A stretch of 63,950 bases of DNA, filler included, from Choristocarpus tenellus KU-1152 (Eukaryota; Protista; Phaeophyceae): the NCBI GenBank assembly GCA_964200185.2. It is 14 parts of 14 records of this genome, joined end to end, with 100 filler letters (N's around TTAATTAATTAA, not from the genome) between each part and the next. Parts side by side here need not be neighbours in the genome. Positions count along the whole stretch, not along the records: positions 10,403 to 12,975 come from CAXNAD020026657.1; positions 13,076 to 18,263 come from CAXNAD020011573.1; positions 18,364 to 22,141 come from CAXNAD020017976.1; positions 22,242 to 26,636 come from CAXNAD020014751.1; 10 more parts are not named here. One strand, given 5' to 3'. The position numbers and the translations under genes are program-made. The first letter of the stretch is position 1. Every line of letters starts with the position of its first letter. Below, piece after piece: positions 12,690 through 26,136 of the stretch. Below the pieces are notes generated by a model. That model was not told where the DNA came from. It saw only the letters and a program-made list of their open reading frames with translations, and made no database searches.

Positions 12690-14099
12690 CTGAACCCCCC
12701 ACCTCACCCCCAGAAAATACACACAGAAAGACAAATCAGATGGATTGTAGGGGACAAGAGGTGCAGAGGAGGTGGGGGAGGGGGGTAAGAGGAGACTGAA
12801 AGACAACAATGTGTGCAGTGGGGAAGAGACAGGCGGCAAAGACATAGAGCTGGGGAGTGCACAGGATGCCAGTAGCAACCCATTCAGCAAGCAAGGACAG
12901 GGACATGAAGCTTCACTGGTAACTACTGGTATAAAGACAACCCCCCTGTTCATGCCCTCCCCCCTCCCCCCCTCCNNNNNNNNNNNNNNNNNNNNNNNNN
13001 NNNNNNNNNNNNNNNNNNNTTAATTAATTAANNNNNNNNNNNNNNNNNNNNNNNNNNNNNNNNNNNNNNNNNNNNCTTAAAATGTGCCGCAACATTTCCA
13101 AAAAAAAAACATATGGACACTTTCCGTGCACCATTTTTGGCCAAACCCATCCTCCATAGTATGCTCCATCCTCAATATTGCTGAGAGGCTGTTCTACTTG
13201 AAAAACATTAGAAGAGTTTCATGTCGATAGTGAAGCCAGTTGATGTTTTCTCGAGAATGTCCTGTACGTGAGGGTATCTGGGAGGTTGTTCGCTTAAGTG
13301 TTCTTCATGAAGACTCACTGTTTACTATAGGCCCACATCAGTCTTAAGAGGGCCCAGTAGAGCTAATTCCTCGAATATTTCGATGGGGAACGTGGGCGAC
13401 AAAAAATGTGACGGGCGGACAGGAAGACAACGGAGTACTCCTTTACTTCAACGTTAAAATTACGTTTTCTTTCCACCTTCTGGGCATCAATCTCATCACG
13501 TCCAACTGCACAAAAAAAAATCGCTGTTACATGTCTTAGTTGTGTAACGGTGTGTATGCGGCTGTGATCTTTCAAGTATTTTGTATATATTTTTGTATAT
13601 GCTGGACACATAAATATAGTGCTGTATGTATGCTTTTCAAAGTCTGCGTGTTCCCTATTGATATCATATGAGCCTTTTTGATTGGTCTGGTCTTCTATTG
13701 GCATTTTGTTCTCATCGTTTTGCGTACGAACCAGAATATCAATTCAGGTGCTTTGCTTTTATCGATGATGGTTTTTGTCGTGCCTAGTTCGTGGAAAGTG
13801 GGCAGTGATAAAAGGTGTACCTTTCTTTGGTCTTCTGGGCACAAGAAACATTGAGTTTCCTTACGACCCTTGCACTTTCGTGCTTGTTATCTCTCTGCTT
13901 TTCTTCATGAATGTCGTAGGTGGAAGTTTTTTTCTTGGGAGGGGTGGGAGAATTTCTCGATTTGTTTGTAGTGATGGATGATGGTTGATCGGTCGTGCAT
14001 TTTATTATGATGAATGCATGTATGTGTGGAAGTGACAAATATGCCTAGTTCTCTGCTCAAGGGGGCCAACCACAATCACCGGACTGAACTCTTCCACCT

Positions 14100-17000
14100 C
14101 AGAGTGTGAGACCGAGTATCAAAGGTCTTGACCCAACATCTCAGAACAGTTGAGGGAATCCGGAACAGAACAAAAACCTCAAGACACAAAAGATGTTCCT
14201 GAATGACTGAGCAACATCACAGCAGAGAAAGGAATCAGTCAGAATCGAAATGGATCTTCGTCCAATGTCTCTTCGTTCTGACAGTCCATTTTGGCTGTTT
14301 GGTCAAATCCGGATCTTATGGATGTGGTTGGTTTATTGGACTGGTCGGTATGGGTGAGTTCCAATGACGTGGTTGGCGTGCACAAATGTATATGACCGCG
14401 AGTCTTATCCACAAGTGTGTGTGTCGGAGATCCCCAAAAAGGAACCTCTGTCCCTGACATTACCCCCCCCACAGTGTAGATTCTATCCGACACGAACACA
14501 AAAGTGGCTGGTCAGCACTTCATGTCGGACAGGTCCATCTTTGGGAGGAGAAAAAAATGAACACATCCTGGCTGAATCAACTCAGGGCAAAGAAAAATGA
14601 AAGATGGAACACTAGCAGTGATCAGCCTAGGTCGCACTCTAGTCCAAGTTGTTTGGTACATCAAGTCATCTATTGGGGAGTGTTGTGAGGATAGTGTCAA
14701 GGGTGATTAAAACTCATCCCCATACTATCCTGTCTTGTTCAACAACTTGCCTCCAAGGTGCTTGGACAATCAGAAAAAGATGGACTTTAAATGTTTGTTA
14801 TATGCACATTGGTTAAAAGGAGTAAAATATTATACCTGTGGAAAATAATATTTTGAACAGAAAAATATATGCATGCTTACGACAGGTGGAATCACTCTGT
14901 GTTGATGTCTCCGGATAAGAGCAATATTTCTACTCCACGATTGTAAAGTCGTCTAATAGATCAGCTCTAAATACCACCTTAGTCCAAGTGAAATCTGTGT
15001 TAACGGGTGAAAGCGCAGTGAGAAAAAATGGCGTGGACCATCCTGTCTCCTACGCGTCTCTCGGGGTCAGAGTGCATGAAACTCAGTATCACCACAGCTT
15101 TGGTACATCAAGTCATCTATTGAGGTGTGCTGTGGGAATAGTGTCAAGGGTGGTTGGAAGACTCATCATCTCTTACTATCACCTCTTCTTCAACAACTTA
15201 CCTCCAAGGTGCTTGGTAACCACCAGTAAGTTGGACTGTTGAATTTTTATTGTATGTTCATAGTTAAAGAGAAATAAGAAAGTAAAATATTATACCCGAG
15301 GTAATATATAATATTTTGAAAAGGTGTGCATGTTTCTCACAGATAGGACCGATCTGTGTTTGTTTCCGGATGAGAGCAGTCTTTCTACTTCGCGAGACTC
15401 AAGTCGCTAACTAGATCAGCTCTGAAAATACCACCCGGACTGAGCCTAGGTATGGCCTTCAAGAATCTATCGGCATCACTTCCGCCATCTTGGTAGTGAA
15501 AAAGAAATATCTTCTCTATCTGTGGAAGGAGTGAAAGTACCTTAGAGGGTATGAGTTGCCCTATTTGTCCATTTGGGGCTTGGCTTCCCAGAGGTTTTTA
15601 ATGACATTTTGCCTACTCCAAATGTTCCGCATTAGGTAAAATGTTTACGTTATGAAAAGGTGTGTCTGGAACAAGTATATTGACATCTCCTAACAAACAT
15701 TATATAGCCAAAATTACGTAAAAATTGCAACATTGGAGTTTGGTCCCCAAATGGACGCGGATCTACCCTCTATATGCTTTTTCTCGAAGCTGGTGGCAAC
15801 TCACCAGGCCGACAACCCACTAGTATATAGAGGCAGCCATTGCACTTTCCGGTCCACAAGGAGGGGTGTCACAAGTATTAGAGGAAGCTTCGTTGCTATT
15901 AGGTGGACGTCCAGTTGGCGGTAATACAAGTTATTTGGCTGTTGTAGTCGCAGGTGTCTCTTGATTAGACGAGTCGCTTGGCCAATGGCTCTTACATTTG
16001 GGAGGTCCAACTTGTTCTCATCCCTATAGGCTGTGATCATCTCTGCACATTCAGGTATTTCAGCGGGTTTGCGCCAAACATCACTGACCGGTGAATATCT
16101 CTGAAAGCGAAGCAGTACAAATAATTGCGGGCAGTCTTTCTTCCTACAAGTTTATGATCAACAATGCCCTCTACATTGTAAGATCTAATAGTTGGCTGTG
16201 TCTTTGACCCCTGACCAAGATTCGGTTCGGGTAAAAGCCGACCCAAAAAGAGTGAATTAAGGGCATCAATGTCAGGTTCTGTGGATATTCCTTCCTTGTA
16301 GGGTTTAAGTCTGGTCACATGAACTGTCACTTCACGTCGATCTTCCAAGCGCTTTACGCGATAAACAACGGTTGTTATACCTGCCTTCATTTCATAAGGT
16401 CCTCTCCTTGGGGACAATAACTTGGAGTTTGGTGCATCAGCTGAACTATGTGGTTTGTAAAGCCACACTTTATCTCCGGGTCCGTATAGTGGGAGTTTAT
16501 GGTTGACGTTCATCGAATCATTCCTTAGAGCCATCTCACCAATACTAAGCCGGGCTAAATCATAGGCTAGCTGTAAATTCTTCACTGTTTTCGTACTCTA
16601 TTCTTGTACGGTTATGAGGGTGGCCTCAGGGACCCCCAAAATAAGATCAATTGATAAAATTGGGGGCCTCCCAAACATGAGAAAAAATGGGGTTTCTTGA
16701 ACAGTGGTAATACAGGCTGTATTATGTGCTAGCTGTACAAAGGGCAATAATGAGGCCCAGTCACGTTGGTCTATATTTGAATACATGGCCAGCGTACCAT
16801 GCATTGTAGAATGAATACGTTCACATATACTATTGCCTTGCAGTCGATATGCCGTTGTGTTGGCTTTATGATATCCATGCACTTTGCGCAAGTCAGCCAG
16901 GGGTTTATTCTCAAATTCTTTGCCTTGGTCAGAGTGGAGTGTTTCAGGATGGCCAAAGATGGAAAAAATACGGTCGACAAGAGCCTTAGCCACGTTTTTT

Positions 17001-18243
17001 TCTTGCTTATTTACAATGGCAACCAAGATTGCGAATCTTGTAAGATGGTCCACGGTGGATAATACATATTTTGCACCGTCTGGGTTGGTCTTATATTTAA
17101 TTAGGTCAATAGCAAGTCGTTGAAATGGACGTGGGACAGGCATATATCCTGTAGGTCATGGGGTAAGGGTGTGATGGGTCTTACGCCTTTGACAGGACTG
17201 GCAAATTTCACACCACTTCCTCACATCTGTATGTAAGGTTGGCCACCAAAATCTATCTCGAACCCGATCAAATATGTATTTGAATGCAAGATGGCCTGCA
17301 ACTTTATGGTCATGTAGGGCATATAAAACTAAACCCTGAACCTCCGTTGGGGCTACCAACTGATCACGAAATTCTCCATTTTTCCGAAGATGACCAGGTT
17401 GATACGACCAGTAGAGTAAAGGTTTATTCTCTCGTTCATGAGTGAAAATATATGACATGGCGTAGGCCGTCTCCTTATTGGGCAATGCTGCATTACTTGG
17501 GTCTGCCACGTATTGAAAATAAGCTCCACACTGATCATGTTGGGCTTTGGTTAGAACTTCCGTATGAATTACAGGGAAAACATTGATGGGACTTGCAAAG
17601 AGCTCAGAGTCATTTGCCACTTTAGTATTTTCACCTAGTCGATCCATAGACAATTCATAGGCGGGGTATATCTTACTTGCTTGAGAACATTATGTCAGTG
17701 GGGATGTATGTCGTCCTCATGCTGGAGGTCTGTGCCAGTATAAATGATAGGTTCCACTACTGCATCGGTAGCTGTTCCTCGAAGTGCCTGAGAACAAACT
17801 GAAACAAGCGTTTCCGTGCCAGGGGAAAGGAATATCTTTTTTACTGTATGTACTGGTGTAATAAATTCAGATGTGATCACTGAAATTGAAAAATAAGGTG
17901 GCGTATTTCCAGTCTGGGAAAAACTTTTGGGGGGGAACAGGTGGGAAGGGGTATGATTTTGTGTTTTGCTGGAATACATTTATCACTGTCTTAAAACGGC
18001 ATCTCCTCTCTATCCCAATCTAGCACTGCCCCAAATGCTGATATATTGTTGTTATCCAATAAACTTTTACTTACTCCCAGATTAGGTAAAACTGCTTGGG
18101 CAGGCATTGATATGTCACCAAGTTGTAGTGTAAATTGAATGAAACCATTAACAGAAAGGGGTCTACCACTTGCTCCTTTCAAATTCAGAGCGCCTGCTGG
18201 AATCTCCCGAATGGGTTCCTTGCAAGGTGTTGGGTGGGCTTCA
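14100..18243 (-). mobile_element. Degenerate Ty3/Gypsy LTR retrotransposon with chromodomain; RT/RNase H absent
   Basis: Protease-like region 17991-18240; integrase HHCC (HDHKVAGH...CEICQSCQ) 17156-17653; core (RPFQRLAIDL, LHSDQGKEF, GNSICER) 16598-17143; GPY motif and chromodomain (YNVEGIVDHK) about 15990-16585. A G-rich PPT is followed by a TGTCAGGGAC LTR start at 14459. The far LTR end is uncertain. Confidence 0.9.
15529..15785 (+). mobile_element. MITE family A, nested in the Gypsy 3' region
   Basis: GAG...CTC termini; TSD GAAG on both sides; the empty site is visible in the second Gypsy copy (about 50325). Confidence 0.9.
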
Positions 18244-19449
18244 GACCCAAAGTATCTGGGGGGNNNNNNNNNNNNNNNNNNNNNNNNNNNNNNNNNNNNN
18301 NNNNNNNTTAATTAATTAANNNNNNNNNNNNNNNNNNNNNNNNNNNNNNNNNNNNNNNNNNNNCAATTTCCACAGTGAGAAATATTCTTGGGCAAATTTT
18401 TACGGCACCACAATCTAAGTGAAGGAGGAGGAACAATGACGACTTTCCAAGGTAGAAGTCTCCCTAGGAGAGTACTTTCCCACCAAATGCATCCTGGGCC
18501 TAGGGATTTTGTTTGTTTCTATTTCTCAAACGCTGACAGGTGCATGACACTCTTCATTATTACTACTACTACTATTACGAGAGGTGCTTGATTTGTTGAT
18601 AGGGTTAGGACTACACTTTGCGTTACAGTGCCAAAGTCAGTAATAGTGATCATGATGGTGGTGTAATAATATTTGTACACTACAATCGTGCAGTGAGATT
18701 GAGATAGGGCATGTTTCCGTGGTGATCTATGCCATTGGCTCAAAGTGATACTGTGCGTATTTCTGTATCTTGGCTACTCTATTGAATCGTACGGTATTCC
18801 ATTCGTGGTGCACTAGACGTTGATTGTAGATTCCTCACACAGAATGGATGAGTGCCATTGTCGTTTCCCCTCCCACAGTTGCATGCCACCATTAATTGGC
18901 ATTATTTTTACGTACTTGAGTTACCTTAAATATTTCGAACAGTAACAATTCGTAACTACTACATAGTAGCAATGCACCTACTAATCCAAACAGGTAAGAA
19001 TCTGCTTATTTAAGTACACGGAGATGCAGAGCAATGTACAGTCAAGTATTTTTTCCAAGATAGACATGTGACTTCTTTTCATTGCCACCAGGTCGGCAGT
19101 GTTATTTTGCACTTTGATGGCGGGAGGTAACTAAGACCTCCATCGAGAGCTCTTATCTATGTAGCAAGATGTATAATTGGAACAAAGCGATCAACCACAG
19201 AGAGTCATAAACCTCTAGTGGTATTGGGTTGGGTACGTCAAGACATTACATGGCATACACAAGCATGTAGACCTCTTTCTCATTGACTATTTTATGTTGT
19301 GTTACCATACTTTGACATGACACTGTACATAAATTGAAATGACATGTTTAATCATATTTAGTCTCTGTATGGCATTTTTCGGGGGCCAGACCTCACACAC
19401 ATCATAAATGGGATGGAGAGCTTTGCTACAATATGCAATTATTATTTTG

Positions 19450-19745
19450 ATCAAACATTTTCATGATACGATGTACTTGTATGTAGCCGCATTCTGCCTG
19501 ATAACCTAATGTCCATTATCCTAGAAGATCGGGAACATTGTGGCGAAGGAAAGGCACTAGAAACTCCACCATTGACAATCTTTTCTTCTGGTTCCTGTTC
19601 CAACAGCTGTACCATTATAACAGAATTTTTGTTCGAAGCACTCCATAGCTTTGACTGGCATATATGGAAAATATTACAAGGATTTGTGTTAGGTGAGATC
19701 ACAACCTGATGCTCATGCGCTGGGCACCCTCACCACGGTGAAGAT
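19450..19745 (-). mobile_element. Possible highly decayed mariner-type transposase fragment
   Basis: ISPNTNPCNIFHICQS...NGG weakly resembles SPDxNxxDxxFFxxIQS...GGN. Confidence 0.3.
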
Positions 19746-21222
19746 CTCTGACTTAAACAGCAGATTTCAAAAAATTGAGGGTGGAGCTTTTCATTGAGGA
19801 TGGGCTTGACCCAAAATTAACTGGGATGGAGTGTCGGTATGTCTTTTTTTGTATTGTCATTTAAAAAAAAATACATATCGACACTTTATCCCAGTCAATT
19901 TTGGGTCGAGTTCATCCTCAATTTTTGGAATCTGCTGTTCTTACGACTTACCTGTATGTTGATGAATGTCAAGAAAAGTCAAGAATCATCCGAATGGTTT
20001 TCTCACAGCCCTAGGAGCAGTGAGCCACACTAAACAAGCAGGGCACTCAGGATTGCATATCAAGGACACTGACAAATGCGTAATATTTGACTTCTTGTAC
20101 AAAACCGCATGCAGCACCGTGCTTTCTAAGGCGTGTTCAAACTCTTCAAACAAAAGAGAAATCAACGATCTCTAGTCAATCCTAGTATTTTTTATCCATA
20201 AAAATAAAATAAGGGGCGAATTAAAAAAAATAAAATAAAAGTGGGTAAAAATGAAAAACAGTCGAAACCTGGATACACACCACAATTTTCTCCAAGACAG
20301 GTCATCCATCGCAGGAGTTGCTGTTCATGAAATAAAAATAAAAATGTGCTTTAAAAGGCAAAAGGAAATTGGGCTCCTCACTTCAGCCGCCATCCACGCA
20401 TTAACCCAAGACGCACATAATGGGGTGGTTTCACACATTGGTATGACACAAAACTTCTGAGCACTTGGAATATGGTACTCCCAAGTATACGACCCTCACC
20501 AATAAGAAATGTGCCTGCAGGACATGCCTTGAATCAATTTTAACCAATAGTTGGGACAGCAAACACTAAGAGGGATTCTGTACAGTGCCTCGACCTCTTC
20601 CCCCTCCGCAAAGGAGCCACAGGAGAGGTGTATCAAGACTGAAACAGTCACCTGTGGAGTGGTTTCATCCACTCCCACTATCGACCTTGGTGAAATAAAA
20701 CACTACGAATGCATGCATGGTCATGAGTCGGGGTTTGTTACAATAAGAGCTTAGCAAAGGTGGCCAAGAGGAAAGGGACGTCAAAATCGCCCTCGCAGGG
20801 CCGACTCAATTTGCAGCAAGACAACCGAGTTGTGCAAAGAGGACTGTATCACCATCATTTTCTGAACCTAACCCTAACCCTATCCACAACACGCACATCG
20901 CCCACAGGCCAGGGTGCTTGTGCTTCCCCTTACTTTTCCCTGGCATTCCAATCATAACACACTGACGACCCTGAGCTTACTTCCTTGTACTTCAAAAATT
21001 CCCCGAGTCATTGAGAAAACCTCCTCACATGAAGGGGTTCAACACGGCTCACATGTGGAACACTCCCCTCATCCCTCTCACCCCCTACAAGACATACACC
21101 AAAATGTACACAAGGCAACAACCACGGGGCCTGTGAGGCACCCCCCCTCCCCCCCTCCCCTCTGCTTCCATACATACTTGTACTTCCACCTTTTCAACTT
21201 TTCCACTATGTCAATGATTGCG

Positions 21223-21435
21223 TCAGGTGTCTAGATTGTGGACATAGAGGACAGCCTGTGGGTGTAGGCCAGCCTCGACCAAGGTGACGCCATCTTGAGC
21301 CTCACTGAAGGTCTGCCGTGGAAAGTTTGTGCTCATAGTGAAATTTGTTATCTTGATTCCAACATCCTCAAAGTACAGTGTTATAAAGTCCCGTATCTGA
21401 CCCACTGATTCATCTTTGCCAAAGCGCCGGTCCAC
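21223..21435 (-). CDS. UBX-domain protein (FAF/PUX-like), terminal exon
   Basis: VDRRFGKDESVGQIRDFI...FTMSTNFPRQTFS...TLVEAGLHPQAVLYV* carries the UBX R...FPR signature. Acceptor is AAG|GTG after a CT tract. Confidence 0.88.
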   Translation of the reverse strand: MDRRFGKDESVGQIRDFITLYFEDVGIKITNFTMSTNFPRQTFSEAQDGVTLVEAGLHPQAVLYVHNLDT

Positions 21436-23219
21436 CTTTTTGCCAACAGAGAGAGAGAGAGAGAGAGATAGAGAGATGGTTCCAAAAAGAGGGATGGTAG
21501 GGGGGGCAGGAATGGAAATTGGTATAGAGCCAGGGGTTTGCATTTGACAATGTCCAGTTGAGGACTAAAAAAGTTCAAATCGATGCGGTTTCCACATGAG
21601 CCAAGATCTGACACAATAAGGGTATCATAGTGGTAACAAACAATGATGGCACATGTATTAAGAGGTCGATATACAAAGACAGCACGTTTTGTAAGGGAAG
21701 GAAAATGTCTCAAGACTGACAAAATTGTAGCCAATCCAGGAATAGCACACTCCTGGAACCACGTTTGTATAAGCATACTGATGCCTAAAAAAAAAGAGGC
21801 GTGCTGAAAGTATCATCAAGACTCAGTAGTAGCTCTAGAGCACACTCTCTCTCGGAAAGAAAATCATGACCTCAATCGAGGGGGGCTTGTAAAACTACCT
21901 TAAAACTATCCCAAATATGATTTTTCAAAAATAGGGCATCCATCATCCATCATCTCCTTGCCGAATATACAGGTGCTGGTAACCACATCAAGAACAAAAA
22001 TAAAAAAGAGAAACGATCAGTGCTGGATAGGAAAACGTAGGCAAAAAACCTTGGTACTCCACACTCTTTTGTGGCATATATATATATATATGTTTTTCCA
22101 GTCGCACTTGCACTTCAACGAAGAACATCACATGGCGCCCCNNNNNNNNNNNNNNNNNNNNNNNNNNNNNNNNNNNNNNNNNNNNTTAATTAATTAANNN
22201 NNNNNNNNNNNNNNNNNNNNNNNNNNNNNNNNNNNNNNNNNGGGGGGGAGGACTCAGAACATCCAGTGTTTACCGGACAAGGCAAGTTCGCTGGGCGTAA
22301 TGGATCCGGAGATCAGAGATCCTGGGTCTGATTTGCCTCCGATTGAGGCGACGTCGTAATTCGTTTCTTGAGAGGCGTTTTGTATTTATGAAATGACATT
22401 GCGTTGAGATCTACTATCGTCACAGGATTCAAGCGAGATGGCACGGGGTATAGACTGTACGACTGGAACCGATGTCCTTGAACTGCATGTTGCACGGGAA
22501 CATGTGGTTATTGTTGTTAGAGGTCTCTGCCGATCGTATTGCTCAAAAGCTCAACAAGTAGTACACACACGGAGGGTGATGCTATTGAAAAGCAGGCGGA
22601 GCCTTGCCTGTTCCGTCTGACCTGGCCCTTGTCAGTCCCGCGTCTGCTACTGCCATTCCAAGCTCTTGAACTCTTGGAGATTTTGAATTTTCACTGAGAG
22701 CTTCCACGGCTCTTACACCTGTTTTTTGGTTAAAAAGGGGAGGGGGGCGGGGGTGTTGAGTGCATCTAACACTCTCTGCTGGTACCTTGGACAATTTCAG
22801 GGGCTTGGTGTCTTATTATCTAGGTGGTAGGTTCAATGGCCGTATTCCATCATTTGATGAGTTGGACCACAATGTTCGGTCGGATTAGCTCTCGCTCGAG
22901 GCTTCTGTCATCGTTGCATCTGTCAGGAGGGCTGGCGACTCCGTTTTTTTTTTTTTTTTAGGCTGGTGTTTGGCAAGTCTTGGGCCGAGGTGGGTACCTG
23001 GAGCTTACTTAGCCTGCTCGTTGGGTGTACTCTGAAGGTGAATGTTGGATGGTTTTGTGTCTGATAGTGCTTGCTAGTATTCACAGGGGAGACAGACAGT
23101 ATTGGAGGGCATGGAGTGATCGTAGGTATGGATATTCTCGCCAGTATTCATCATAGGAGTTACCTGGGAAGACAGTATGGCTGGGCTGGGGGGTTGAACT
23201 CAGCTGATGTTTTGGCTAC

Positions 23220-23417
23220 GGCTCGAAGTATCTGGGAGTTGGGGGGAAGGGGGAGGGGGTGGCGGCTGTCCATTTGGAGCCAATTTTTCATCTTGTGATT
23301 TTTGGGTGATTTGGTTGCATATTTTGGATGGATATTGTAAGTGCACTTTTTCATTTCCTGGTTATGGCCCAAGTAGACACCCTGGTGCAGCCCCCCCCCC
23401 CCCAGATACTTTGGGTC
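23220..23417 (+). mobile_element. MITE family B (about 185-200 bp, G/C-run-containing TIRs)
   Basis: GGCTCGAAGTATCTGGG ... CCCAGATACTTTGGGTC; flanking TAC duplication. Other copies at 18244, 37760, 42567, 48102, 49555 and 51769. Confidence 0.88.
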
Positions 23418-25517
23418 TACTACCACTTCAGACCAAGCTTTGCCACGCATAGATGGAAAGATACCTTGGTTTGGAGCCTCCACCTCTACTGATGGGTACG
23501 GGAAGGGCATAAGTCAATTTTTTGCGAGTTCTTCGATGGAGCGGTTCGGAACTGTTCCACGGATGGTGGGAGGTGACCTTTGAGCCTCTTGGTCAGATGG
23601 AACACGAGGGTGCTGAAGTTGTCAAGGGTACCGGTGAAGTATTTGACCACTCTTGACCTCTCCTTTGTTAATGAAGAACGGGTTTAAGCTGCGTGAGCTG
23701 ACTGCCGTACTCTCAATCAAGTCTTGGGGGTTGAAGAACTTGGGACTGTGAACAGGGAGGGGTTTAGATGAGGGACAGGTCAGATTGAAGAGGGGTAGGA
23801 AGTAGGCTGCTATGTTGATATGGCTTCGCCCCTCGTGTACTGTGTAGATTGTGTACAATTTGTTTATTTTTAGGGTGTAGTGGTTAGGATCTTCCTTTAA
23901 TTTTTTTTTCTTTCCCCGAGTGAGCCACTGCCTTAGCAAGGTCTGCCACTCGCAGTTTTTGTAAATGCCTTCTTGGCATGCAACTCCAGTCCTCCCTTCC
24001 CCTCCAGAAAGCAAGAATCGATGTTCCTGGATGGGTAGTTGACTAAGAATATGGGTATGTTGACTAAGAATATGGGTATGTTGATAGCAGTTTGACGGTC
24101 ATAGAGTCAATTGATTGGTGGATCCTATATGATGGGCAACGCCTATTCATCCAACAAAATATTCACCGCTGCAGAGGTGGGTAGTGCCCTGATGGGTGCT
24201 GCCCTGGATTTTGGCAAATAGCACCATGAAGACTGGTGCAGGGCCTTACACATGAGGTGGAGGTCTTAGGTGATGAATGCGCCAACGGAAATGGGGACAG
24301 GCTTGTTGGAGACAGATGTGCTCAGTATCAGGATCTGTTGTGAACCTGGCCTGGGCAAGGGAGGACAGTAGTGTGCAACATATTCGCTGATGAGAAAAGA
24401 GAAGACTGTTTGATAGCCAGCCTCGCAATCCTTTGGCAGTAGTAATATATAGTAGTAGTAGAGGTGATAGTAGGAAAATGGAAGCAATAGTAGTAGTGGT
24501 GGTAGTAGTAGTAGGAATAGTAGTGGTGCGAATGATCACCATGGGTGAGAGAGAGAGAGAGAGAGAGAGAGGCGTTGCTTGTGCAAGAGGCCAAGACAAG
24601 AAGGTTATCGATCCGTGGGATGAAAACCGATCCGGAATCTTGGATCCGGTGGTTGGGCGTGACGTCACTGTGACTACTGTCATCGGCGGGGGGGGTTTGG
24701 GAATTCTCATAATGTGTCCATGGTTGAGTGTTGGTGTGAACATCATCAGTGATAGTAAGGACAGAGAAGTGCGCACTCAATACCGCTGTGTGGTTGGCTC
24801 GGAAACGGGGAACTGACTGAGAAAAGGTCCCAATAATGGAACCTGTCTGGTTCACAGTTAGGAATACTGATAAGTGATGATTTTTGTATCAGCGATGGAG
24901 TCTTTGCTGAAATAGTTATTGGGCGGGATGGGGAACCTCTATAAGGTTCCCCATCGGCTTTCCGATCGGCAGTGAACTGGACTGGCTGGTGGGACCAGGC
25001 GTTTAAGAATGTATGTACTTAGTTTTCACCCGGACCAGGTTGGACCTGATTTGGTTCAGAACCTCTGATGACCCCGGGGACCGTCCTGTTAATACATGCT
25101 CTTACCAGGTCTGACCTACAGCCCGGTCTTGTTGAGGTCTTTTTTATATCTGGGCTGACCCAGTCGAGAGATGGGTTTTGGGGGTTTTGGGGCGCGATGA
25201 AATTTGTTGAGCTATCTGTCTCCCAAATACATGTGGGAAAAAAGAGAAGGTTTTATTAGCCTTCAGTGACAGACATACATTATTTTTTTCGCGAGTGTGA
25301 TCCATTCCGAACCGGTCCTGTTCAAATCTCTGACGAACCCGGACCAGGCCTGTTTACATGTTCCTGGTCCCAGCGAGAAGCCCCCCCCCCCCATTTTTTA
25401 GTACAATGGTTACAGATTGCATTCTTTTTTTTTAGGACTTTTTTTTTCGTTGCAGCGGTGCGTAGAAGTACAATGTTATGTGTTGCCTTTTTCTTCTTTT
25501 TTTGCTGTAGGATGTTC

Positions 25518-25675
25518 AGTACATTTTGTAGTAGTACATTTTGTAGTACATTTTGTAGTAGTACATTTTTGTAGTAGTACATTTTGTAGTAGTACATTTT
25601 TGTAGTAGTACATTTTTGTAGTAGTACATTTTTGTAGTACATTTTGTAGTAGTACATTTTTGTAGCACATTTTTG
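25518..25675. repeat. Minisatellite (AGTAGTACATTTTGT)n
   Basis: About 10 imperfect units of 12-16 bp. Confidence 0.9.
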
Positions 25676-25965
25676 CGAGGTGTGTAAGTGTTTATTTGAC
25701 TGTTTCTTTATTTCTTTTGCAGCACAATGTTCAACGCTGTTTTTAGTTTTTTTTTGTACATAGTGTCGATCCTTTTTTTTCTTTTGCAGTATATGATTTT
25801 CAATGTTTTTTTGTATTTTTTTTCTTTTGCGCAGCGCAGTGTTTGTGTTGATCTCCTTTTTCGTTTGTCTTGTGTTGTCTTGTCTTGTGTGTGTGTGTGT
25901 GTGTGTTTGTGTGTGTATTTGTGTGTGTTTATGTGCGTGCGTGTGTGTGTGTGCATGTCTTGCAG

Positions 25966-26136
25966 GTCTGTGGGGAGAGTGAGGAGAAGGGTACAATTGT
26001 GTTATGCGATGGGTGTGATGCGGAATACCATATAGCTTGCTGCTCTCCTCCTCTGAGTCGACCGCCAGTGGGAGACTGGCATTGTCTCCCATGCCAGTCG
26101 AAGAGAGGAGAGCCGGTGAATGTTCGGCTCTCGCAG
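25966..26136 (+). CDS. PHD-finger (C4HC3) exon of a chromatin protein (partial gene)
   Basis: VCGESEEKGTIVLCDGCDAEYHIACCSPPLSRPPVGDWHCLPC, flanked by TTGCAG| and |GTATGT; 171 nt, phase 0. Confidence 0.88.

Noticed and set aside
25518-25675. CRISPR-like periodicity (also 7700-8075)
   Set aside because: There are no unique spacers and no cas genes, and the context is a eukaryotic intron; these are plain minisatellites.
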